Source: Kofleriaceae bacterium (lineage in GTDB: Bacteria; Myxococcota_A; Polyangia; Haliangiales; Haliangiaceae). From it: DNA of 64,000 nucleotides. The stretch covers positions 192,001 through 256,000 of the forward strand of contig CBDCCZ010000054.1 in the NCBI GenBank assembly GCA_965215005.1, given 5' to 3'. Positions 55,403-64,000 of this stretch are shown piece by piece. Position 1 is the stretch's first letter; the number at the start of each line of letters is the position of its first letter. Position numbers and translations under genes: made by a program. The notes under the pieces were generated by a model. The model saw only the letters and a program-made list of their open reading frames with translations. It was not told the DNA's origin and ran no database searches.

Positions 55403-55897
55403 ATGAGACTCATTAAATCCCTCGTTGTCGTCGCGTCCATCGCCGCCTGCGCTGCTTGCGGTGGCAAGGACAAAAAGCCCGCCGCGCCGCAGCCGGTGCA
55501 AGAGCCAGTCGCCACGGAGACTCAGCCAGAGCCCGAGGCTCCTGCCCCCGCGCCTGCTCCTGAAAAGGATCCCGCGTCTCTCGGCGAAATCATCTATTTC
55601 GAATTCGACTCTTCGGATCTGTCGCCCGATGCTCGCGCTCAGCTCGAGGAGAACGCCGCGTGGCTCAAAGAAAACCCCGCGCGGGTTCTCACGATTGAAG
55701 GCCACACTGACGAGGTCGGCACCCCCGAATACAATCTCGGGCTCGGCGAGCGTCGTGCTCGCGCCGCCAAAGACTATCTCGTGAGGCTCGGCATCCAAGA
55801 TCCGCGCGTCGACATCATCACCTACGGTGAAGAGCGTCCGGCCTCCTCCGAAGACGCTGCCAATCGCCGCAGCGTGTTCGTCGCCACCCGCAAGTAG
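55403..55897 (+). CDS. pal: Peptidoglycan-associated lipoprotein (OmpA-C domain)
   Basis: CAAC lipobox, IYFEFDS, IEGHTDEVGT.EYNL.LGERRA, YGEERP, NRR. Confidence 0.88.
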   Translation: MRLIKSLVVVASIAACAACGGKDKKPAAPQPVQEPVATETQPEPEAPAPAPAPEKDPASLGEIIYFEFDSSDLSPDARAQLEENAAWLKENPARVLTIEGHTDEVGTPEYNLGLGERRARAAKDYLVRLGIQDPRVDIITYGEERPASSEDAANRRSVFVATRK

Positions 55898-56149
55898 GGC
55901 GCATCGCCCCGGCGCGCGCTGCGCTCGTCACGGTAACTCGAGCATCTGCTCCGTGAATACGCTGTGCTTCTGTTCCGATTGCGCAGCCGTGTCGACCCGC
56001 AGCGCGCCACGCTGAAACAACTGCGTGAGTGGCCCACCGAGGCTTCTCTCGTGGTTCACCGCGACAAGCCGCTAGAGCCGCAACAGTTGCAGGGTGAGGC
56101 GCCGAAAGCGGCGGGTCATCAATCCCGCGGCGTCGTGTTCGCGCGTCGA

Positions 56150-57610
56150 ATGGCCTGTAGCGTCGCAGTCTGCATTTGCGCGTTCTTGGTGCTGTCCAAC
56201 GCGCATGCACAGGCGAATCCGTTGCCTCCGGACGACCCGGCGAGGGACGCTGCCCAGCGCGCCGCAGGCGGCGATCCTAGCTTTGGGCCGATGTTTGCGA
56301 TCGAGTCGATCGAAATCATTGGCAATCACACCACCGCTGAACGGCTCATTCGCCGGGCGCTTCCCATTGCCCAAGGCGACCAGATTCGAGCCGGCGATCC
56401 GCGGATGCAACAAGCCCGTTATAAGGTTCTGGGGCTTGGATATTTTCGCGCTGTCGACCTACGGCTGCGCAAGGGCTCGCGACGCGGTCTCGTGGTGTTG
56501 ACGGTAGAGGTCATCGAGCGCGGCACCGTGGTTCTCGAAGCGCTCTACTTCGGCGTCAGCTCGATAACGCCTTGGTGGATTGGCGCGGCTGTCAGCGAGC
56601 GCAACTTCCTCGGCACTGGCGTGGGCGTCGGCGGTGGAGCGGTCTACGCGGCCGCGGGCGATATCGCTGCTTCGCAGTCCCAGTGGGCGGCGGAGCTGCG
56701 GCTAGATAAGCGCGCCATTCTCGGGTCCGCATTTGGCGCGCATAGCAGCGTCTACGTGCGCGATGCATTCGAGCCGTACCGCGTCGCCGGTGCGCCGGGC
56801 GATGACTCGGCTGCTGGCTTTCGCGGATTTTCTTACCGACGCGTTGGGACGCGGTTTGGGCTGGGGATCGCGCTGACGCCGCTTGCGCTGATCTCTGTGA
56901 CCGGGCGTTACGAGGGCATACGCGCCGCGCTTCCAGAGGCGCCAACGCGGCGCCTGCCCGATGGCCGGCTCGCGGCAGTCGAGCTCGAGCTCCGCGATGG
57001 CTCGAGTCGTGTCGTGAGCGCCAGCGTCGGGCTCGACCACGACACCCGCGCCGATCCAGTGCTGCCATACAATGGGTACCGCCTGGTGCTGCTCGGCGAG
57101 CTGAGCACTGGCGCGGTGACGAGCGATTACGACTTCGTCTCGCTTCGCGGACGCTTTCAGCATTGGTGGCCGGTGAGCGGCCCGGCGCACGTGGTGTCGA
57201 TGCACGTATCGGCGGGCGTGATAATTGGCGATGCGCCGCGGTTCGATCGCCTCTACGCCGCCGACTTCTACCGGCTCATCACGCCACGCGCTGCCGAGCT
57301 GGTGGTATCGGTAGTCGCGCCGCGAAACCTTCTGGGCACCGGCCCAGCCGCGGGCGTCTACGGCGAGCTCGGCGGCAACGCGATGGCGGAATACAGCTAT
57401 CGGCTGTTCCGTCGCGGCAGCGCCATCTACGGCGGCGACCTCTTCGCCGGCGCCGGAGTGTGGTCGCTGACCAGCGCAGAACGACTCGATGACCGCGGCA
57501 TCGCGGGGCTAACACTCGACCTCGTGCTCGACGCAGGGCTCCGCTTAGACACCGAAATCGGCATCTTCGAGCTCACCTTCGCCAACGCCCTTGGTCGGGT
57601 GCCGCTGTGA
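56150..57610 (+). CDS. BamA/TamA (Omp85) family protein with a single POTRA domain (start uncertain)
   Basis: IEIIGN.TT POTRA, LGYF..V, ERNFLGTG, DTR.D P..G. Confidence 0.82.
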   Translation: MACSVAVCICAFLVLSNAHAQANPLPPDDPARDAAQRAAGGDPSFGPMFAIESIEIIGNHTTAERLIRRALPIAQGDQIRAGDPRMQQARYKVLGLGYFRAVDLRLRKGSRRGLVVLTVEVIERGTVVLEALYFGVSSITPWWIGAAVSERNFLGTGVGVGGGAVYAAAGDIAASQSQWAAELRLDKRAILGSAFGAHSSVYVRDAFEPYRVAGAPGDDSAAGFRGFSYRRVGTRFGLGIALTPLALISVTGRYEGIRAALPEAPTRRLPDGRLAAVELELRDGSSRVVSASVGLDHDTRADPVLPYNGYRLVLLGELSTGAVTSDYDFVSLRGRFQHWWPVSGPAHVVSMHVSAGVIIGDAPRFDRLYAADFYRLITPRAAELVVSVVAPRNLLGTGPAAGVYGELGGNAMAEYSYRLFRRGSAIYGGDLFAGAGVWSLTSAERLDDRGIAGLTLDLVLDAGLRLDTEIGIFELTFANALGRVPL

Positions 57611-58270
57611 ATTGCTGCCTCGGCGTGGCTCTAATCGTATTGCTGATGATCACCCCAGCGTGGGCCGATAGCGGCTCCTCGATTCCTCGCAAGATGCGCT
57701 TTATCGAGAAAGGCAACTACCTGCGCGTGACCACCAGCTTTGGCGAGCTGTTCGATGCGGCTAGCTACGAGCGACTCGGCAACGGGTTGGTTTCGACGAT
57801 TGTCATACGGTTCTACGTCTATCAGCAGCAGGACTCGCAGCCCGTCGCGTACGGCGTCGTGAGCTATCGAGTCGCTTACGATTTATGGGACGAGGTGTAT
57901 CTCGTGCAGATCAACGAGCCCCGGCAGCTCCGCGAGCGAGCTGCGTTTTCGCAACCGCGCGCAGGCACTTACACGGATCACGCAGCTCTCGCAGGTGCCG
58001 ATCGCGTCGCTGGCGACGGTGCCACGCGGCAGAAATCACTATCTCGGCATGGTCATCGAGCTCAATCCGGTGTCGGAGGAGACGTTGGCGGAGATGCGTC
58101 GCTGGCTCACGCGGAGCGCTCAAGCCACCACAATCGATCCCGGTAGCTCGGTGTTTGGCAGCTTCGTGACCGTATTCGTCAATCCCAAGCTGCCGGATGC
58201 AGACCGGGTGCTGCGGCTCCGCTCGCAGCCGTTCTACCGGCGCAAGAGGGCGCGCGACGATGAAGGCTGA
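57607..58270 (+). CDS. DUF4390-like exported protein, one frameshift as sequenced
   Basis: YDLWDEVY; continues in the +1 frame after the C run at about 57919-57922; precedes an NtrY-like kinase. Confidence 0.65.
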
Positions 58271-59747
58271 GCGTCGGCCGCTGAGCCTGCGCACCAAGTT
58301 CGTGACCGGGCTCTTGATGATCGCGTTGGCGCCGCTGGCGGTATCCAGCGTGCTGATCGGGCAGATTGCGCGGCTGGCGCAGAACTTCGCATCCAACGAA
58401 GCCGCGATGATGCGTCCGCCGCTGGAAGCTGCGCAAACTGCGTATCTCGACCTGTTTGCGGCCAAGAAAGAAGCCTATCGTCAGCTCACCTGGCGCGTGG
58501 CGGCAGCGCCAGCGGTGACTGCGGCAGCGCCCAGTGCAGAACGGCTGCGCGAGTTATTGTCACTGCATCCCGAGCTGGTCGGGCTCGTCGTTCATGACGC
58601 AGACGGCACCGAGCTCGCCCGGGTGCTCCGCGGAGAAGCGCCGCCGCGGAGCAAGACGATGACGGCCTCGCTCGAGTCTGGTCGTCGGGTCGCACTGAGC
58701 TTTGCGGTAGACGAGTCGCTGCAGGGGGATTATCGCTCGCTGGTGCGCACTCTCGAGCGTGCCGACCACGTCGCAAAACTACGCGCCACGCTGCCGAGCG
58801 GCTATCGGTACGCGTTCTTGGCGTTGGTCGGTAGCGTGGTGATTCTGGTGGTGGCGGTCGGCATCCTCTATGCGCGGCACTTCACCCGTCGCATCAACAG
58901 GTTGCTGCTAGGTACTCGCGCCGTGGCGGCCGGGCAGCTCAGCTCGCGCGTGGACTTGCCGGGGCGAGATGAGCTAGCCGAGCTCGGGGTAGCGTTCAAT
59001 CGCATGGTCGAGGATCTCGCCCGCGATCGGGCAAAGATCCATTACCTGCAGCGCATCGGCGCGTGGCAAGACGTTGCCCGTAGGCTCGCCCACGAGATCA
59101 AAAATCCGCTCACGCCGATTCAGCTGGCGGTGCAGCAGTGTGTCTCCGCGTATCGCGGCGATGACGAGCGCTTCCGCGGCATGCTCGATGAGACCGAGGA
59201 GATCGTCACGGAAGAGATCGCTGGACTGCGTCGCTTGGTGGATGCGTTTCGCACGCTCGGGCAGCTGCCGCGGGTTGAGCCGACGACGCTCGACTTGGGG
59301 GACGTCGTGCGCGAGCTGGTGCGGGACCCATCGCTTGCGCCGCGCCCGGAGTTACTCGCGCCGGCCGAATCGGTGCCGATTCGGGGCGATAAGCTCCTGC
59401 TTCGCCGCCTGCTCGGTAACTTGGTGGAGAACGGCATCCAGGCGGCGCAGGAGCAAGGGCGAGCGGGCAGGGTGGAGGTTCAGTGGTGGCGCGAGGAAGG
59501 ACGGGCGGTGCTCACCGTCGACGACGAAGGCCCCGGCATCGCGCTGGGCGAGCAGGAGCGCATCTTCGAGCCGTACATCACCAGCAAAGAGACCGGCACC
59601 GGTCTGGGGTTGGCGATCGCTAAAAAGATCGCGATAGAGCACGGCGGAGCGCTCGTGGTAGCCAGCGAGCCGGCGCCCATCGGTGGCGCGCGTTTGGTGC
59701 TAACGCTTCCGCTCACCGATGATGAAGAAGCCACCGCCGGCGCGTAA
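58260..59747 (+). CDS. NtrY-like HAMP sensor histidine kinase
   Basis: [34 protein letters not shown]. Confidence 0.92.
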   Translation: MKAERRPLSLRTKFVTGLLMIALAPLAVSSVLIGQIARLAQNFASNEAAMMRPPLEAAQTAYLDLFAAKKEAYRQLTWRVAAAPAVTAAAPSAERLRELLSLHPELVGLVVHDADGTELARVLRGEAPPRSKTMTASLESGRRVALSFAVDESLQGDYRSLVRTLERADHVAKLRATLPSGYRYAFLALVGSVVILVVAVGILYARHFTRRINRLLLGTRAVAAGQLSSRVDLPGRDELAELGVAFNRMVEDLARDRAKIHYLQRIGAWQDVARRLAHEIKNPLTPIQLAVQQCVSAYRGDDERFRGMLDETEEIVTEEIAGLRRLVDAFRTLGQLPRVEPTTLDLGDVVRELVRDPSLAPRPELLAPAESVPIRGDKLLLRRLLGNLVENGIQAAQEQGRAGRVEVQWWREEGRAVLTVDDEGPGIALGEQERIFEPYITSKETGTGLGLAIAKKIAIEHGGALVVASEPAPIGGARLVLTLPLTDDEEATAGA

Positions 59748-60200
59748 GCCGATGTCCCCAGCGACGCTTTCGACGCGCTCAGCGAGCTTTGCCTGCGCGG
59801 CAGGGGTGAGGCGCGCGATGAGAGTGCCGCCGCGCACCGCGCAATACATCGCTTCGCCTTGGCCGACTTGCAAGCTTGGGTAAGCGAGCTCTTCGTCGTT
59901 GCCATCGTTTAAGCGAATCCGCGCCGACTCACCTTCCCAACGAAGTGAGAGTACGAGCAGGTGCGCGTCTTCGACGTCGATATAGGCGTAGCGCTGCTCG
60001 TCGAGCCGGACGATGTCGCGGCCGTCGTCGAGGCGATCGAGCCAGCGCAACAGCGCTTGCTGCAAGCCGCGATGACGAATGACCTCGCCCTCATGCCAGA
60101 GCTGTCCTGCGCGGTCGAGCCGGAGCCCTACCTGACGGAATCGCTCGAGCATTTCCGGCGTGAGGACGGTAGACGGAGCCCCAGAAGCGTCAGTGGTCAA
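59700..60200 (-). CDS. DUF1285-like protein
   Basis: [18 protein letters not shown]. Confidence 0.65.
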   Translation of the reverse strand: MTTDASGAPSTVLTPEMLERFRQVGLRLDRAGQLWHEGEVIRHRGLQQALLRWLDRLDDGRDIVRLDEQRYAYIDVEDAHLLVLSLRWEGESARIRLNDGNDEELAYPSLQVGQGEAMYCAVRGGTLIARLTPAAQAKLAERVESVAGDIGLRAGGGFFIIGERKR

Positions 60201-60388
60201 TGGTTGCGCAGACGCTCAATACGGTCTTTCGCGTGCAGTTTTCGCTTCTTGAGCTGCACGTACTCGACCTTTTCGGCGGAAGTGAGTGAGATGTGCTTGC
60301 CAAGCTCGCGGAGCCTGCGCTCCAACGCGCGATGCTCGGCGTCGAGTTGCGCGAGCTCGGTATTTCTGCTGTCGATGGTGTGCTGCAC
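60197..60388 (-). CDS. DUF465 (YdcH)-like small coiled protein
   Basis: EHRALE..LKKRKL..KDRI; GTG start with AGGAAG SD. Confidence 0.75.
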   Translation of the reverse strand: MQHTIDSRNTELAQLDAEHRALERRLRELGKHISLTSAEKVEYVQLKKRKLHAKDRIERLRNH

Positions 60389-60551
60389 AAGCGTCTTCCT
60401 TCGATTAGAGCAGGTCGAGCGCGATGCATGCAGCCGCGCGCTCTGGCAACGTCGTTTGACGATAGCGCGCGTCCCCGAGGACCGGCAACGGTGAAAGCGC
60501 AGGCGCGTCAAAGCGCATCAATCCGCCTCATCGCCACCATTGTGAGGCCGG

Positions 60552-61343
60552 TCATGCATCATTTGGTCGCGGCGGCGCGAACGTACCTCCGGGATTGCCG
60601 CCGGGGAACTTGAGCTCCGCCTCCGAGGGGCGAACATACACTGGAGTGCCGGAGCTAAGTCGATCCGGCAGCTCGTTGCCGAGGGCGAGATATCCCACGG
60701 CAGCGGCAGAAGGAGTCTGCCTGCCATCAGCTACCACGCTGGCTCGCGGGCCGAGCTCCGCGAGGAGCTCGGGATAGAGCGCAAAGCCGCTGCCGAGCGA
60801 GACGATAGACTCGTGCCCCAGGCGCTCCGCAAGCGCATCGATATAATCGCCGACCTCGCCGGGAGCCATGACCGCCTCCGGAGCCAGATTTTCAGCCTCG
60901 CTGCCAGCCATGCGGTAACCGCCCACGAAGACCTCGCGGCGTCGTGCGTCGACGATGGGAACGATCACGCGGCCGTCTTGCTGGTTAAACGCATGGTGCG
61001 CCATTGCCAGCGCTGCCAGCGATGAAACCATCCACAGCGGCTTATCCTTAGCGAATGCCAATCCCTTGGCGGTTGCCATGCCGATGCGAAGCCCGGTGAA
61101 GGAGCCAGGACCGGCGCCAATCGCGATGCCGTCGACCTCTTCGAGAGTGAGCGCGGCGGCGCGCAAGACCTCATCGATGAGCGTCAACAGTACTTCGCTA
61201 TGGGTATCTGCGCCGCTCTCGGCGGCCGCCAAGACTTGCATAGCGGAAGGTGCCGTGCCGCGAGCGCCGCGGACCACGGCGACCTCGGCTGTGGGGGTGG
61301 ACGTCTCGAGGGCAAGAACGTGGAGGATGTCTGAATTCATCAT
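60552..61343 (-). CDS. tsaB: tRNA threonylcarbamoyladenosine biosynthesis protein TsaB
   Basis: LALETS, HSE.L, GPGSFTGLRIG, DARRREV, P.YVR.SEAE. Confidence 0.95.
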   Translation of the reverse strand: MMNSDILHVLALETSTPTAEVAVVRGARGTAPSAMQVLAAAESGADTHSEVLLTLIDEVLRAAALTLEEVDGIAIGAGPGSFTGLRIGMATAKGLAFAKDKPLWMVSSLAALAMAHHAFNQQDGRVIVPIVDARRREVFVGGYRMAGSEAENLAPEAVMAPGEVGDYIDALAERLGHESIVSLGSGFALYPELLAELGPRASVVADGRQTPSAAAVGYLALGNELPDRLSSGTPVYVRPSEAELKFPGGNPGGTFAPPRPNDA

Positions 61344-61348
61344 CGTCT

Positions 61349-61533
61349 TCAGTAGAAGTAGCGCCAGAGATCGCTGAGGTTGGCCGCCGGGCCCGACATC
61401 ACCACCACCGCGCGCTGCCACCGCGGCTCGGTGTGAAACGCGCGGCTGGCTCGAGCTGGGTGGGATATCGTCGCAGGCGTTCTCACCGAATAGCTTGATG
61501 CTGCACGAGCAGGAGGAAATACACCACCGACAT
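61349..61533 (-). pseudogene. rseP: Internally deleted rseP (site-2 protease) relic
   Basis: MSVVYFLLLV / IKLFGE..DDIPP / RAFHTEPRWQRAVVVMSGPAANL / SDLWRYFY* across shifted frames, directly upstream of tsaB. Confidence 0.75.
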
Positions 61534-61576
61534 CGTTTCAGGACACCGGAGGTAGCATGTCTGGTAGGCTCACTCC

Positions 61577-61790
61577 TAGTGGCTCACGGCGTGAACCGCG
61601 ACAAAGCAACACCGGTGGGGGAGACGCCGAAAGGGACGCTCGAGGAGCGCAGTGCGGCTCTCGACCCGCATCGGAGCGGTCGACAACGGCGGCAACGATC
61701 CCGTGGCGTGCAGGTGCTTGCCTGTGAAACCGCTGCTGGCTCGAGCACACTCCGCCCCGGCGCACGGCCCAGCGGGTCTGGCGGCGTTGA
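61577..61790 (+). repeat. Dispersed structured intergenic repeat, copy 3 (diverged)
   Basis: TAGTGG..ACGGCGT, CAAAGCAAC, GGGGAGACGCCGAA, CCCGCATCGG and ATCCCGYGGCG shared in order with copy 2. Confidence 0.8.
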
Positions 61791-61814
61791 ACGCAGCGTC
61801 ACGAGGGATGGTTG

Positions 61815-62892
61815 ATGGCGTCGCGTTCCCCGTATCAGGCCCACGAGAAGGGCGCCGAGATCGCCGATGCTCTCGATGCTCTCGACCGGCAGCTCGAGCG
61901 ACTAAGAGCGCTGTACGAGCAGTATTTCATGGGCACGCAGAAGCTCGTGCCAGCGCAACTGCATCGTGAGCTCGAGCGCAAGCTTCGCGAGCTCACGCAA
62001 CTGCAGATCCGCAACACCGCGCTGCGTTTTCGCCTAAACACGCTTACGCAGAAGTTCGGCTCCTACAATACCTACTGGCGTCGGACAATGCGGCAGATCG
62101 AGCAAGGGCGGTATCTGCCGCACATCGCGCGGGTGGCGCGGAAGGCGGGACGGGAGGGTGTGGAGGTTCCCGAGGAAATCCTCGCGGCGATGCCGAAGCG
62201 AATGCGCGAACGGGTGCGACGCGATCGGCAACGGATCGCCGAGCGCGACGATGCCGAGGCTTCCGCTGCGCCGGAGGAGGAGGGGCAGGCGGTGCGCTCG
62301 CCGCAGCAGCGTGCTCATCAGCTCGACGAAAGGCTTCTGGGAGATGACTTTGATCTCGATTCAATGTTCGCGAGCATCACCAGCGAGGCCGAGGCGGTGG
62401 TCGACGCCAGGGAGCCGGGCGGGAGGCAAGAGCCGCCAAAGCCAGCCGCTGTGCGTGAGGTCGGCGCCTCGCTGCCGGTCGCAACGGTAGGCGCGCCGCG
62501 GGCGTCTACCCCGCCTGGACCGCAACCTCCGCGGGCCGCGCCGCCGCCGCGGGGCGTCTACCCCGCCGGGACCGCAACCTCCGCGGGCCGCGTCGCCGCC
62601 TGCGCCGCCGGGACCGCGCCCAACCCCGCCGCCGATTCCACGTGCGCGCCCGCGCAGCGCACCACCGCCGCCACCGGGGATGGACGAGCCGGCAGCCCGT
62701 CAGCTCTATCAGCAATACGTCGAGGCTAGACGAGTTGTCGGCGAGAAAAGCCCCGTTACGTACGAGAAGCTCGTCGACTCGCTCAATCGGCAAGCGCCGC
62801 GCATCATGAAGGAACACAACGCGCGCGGCGTGGACTTCAAGGTTGTCATTAGAGATGCCAAGGTAGTTCTCAAGGCGACACCGAAGCGTTAG
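61815..62892 (+). CDS. Hypothetical protein with Pro-rich linker (resembles myxobacterial MXAN_5187 C-terminal family), one frameshift as sequenced
   Basis: YEQYFMG..NTALRFR..YW.R N-domain and LY..Y..AR..V.F.VV..GK-like C-domain; extra G at about 62551-62554. Confidence 0.7.
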
Positions 62893-62923
62893 CCGAGCGA
62901 TCGCTGCCGCCCGCTTCGGTTAA

Positions 62924-64000
<1,077 letters not shown>

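Overview
GC-rich bacterial chromosome segment. The gene content (FHA-sigma54 activator, MYXO-CTERM-like protein, PEGA protein, extra Hsp70 and PilT paralogs, many lipoproteins) points to Myxococcota; this is an inference. Most of the window is housekeeping and signalling: pfkA, radC, an ECF sigma factor, serC-serA, a short leuA-like gene, a peptide ABC ATPase pair, an Hsp70/J-domain pair, tRNA-Met/Ile2(CAT), tRNA-Gln(TTG), ppx, tolQRAB, recQ, an FdhF/YdeP oxidoreductase, sensor kinases, glmU, pal, a BamA-family gene, tsaB and thrC. Five signals go beyond routine annotation. (1) A dispersed, structured intergenic repeat occurs in three same-orientation copies (about 1652, 18815 and 61577) and shows compensatory base changes; it could be a MITE or an unannotated ncRNA. 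(2) A decayed 1.4-kb islet sits at tRNA-Leu(TAG) with a SUKH/SMI1-like cargo gene, and an exact 69-bp promoter-like segment is duplicated on both sides of it. (3) A 185-bp, internally deleted rseP relic lies upstream of tsaB. (4) A MshEN / PilT / REC-GGDEF-EAL / kinase-STAS cluster suggests local c-di-GMP plus partner-switch control. (5) A sigma54-type promoter with an alternating heptamer array lies upstream of radC. Several single-base frameshifts fall in short homopolymer runs and are probably sequencing errors. All product calls come from motifs recognised by eye; no database search was run.
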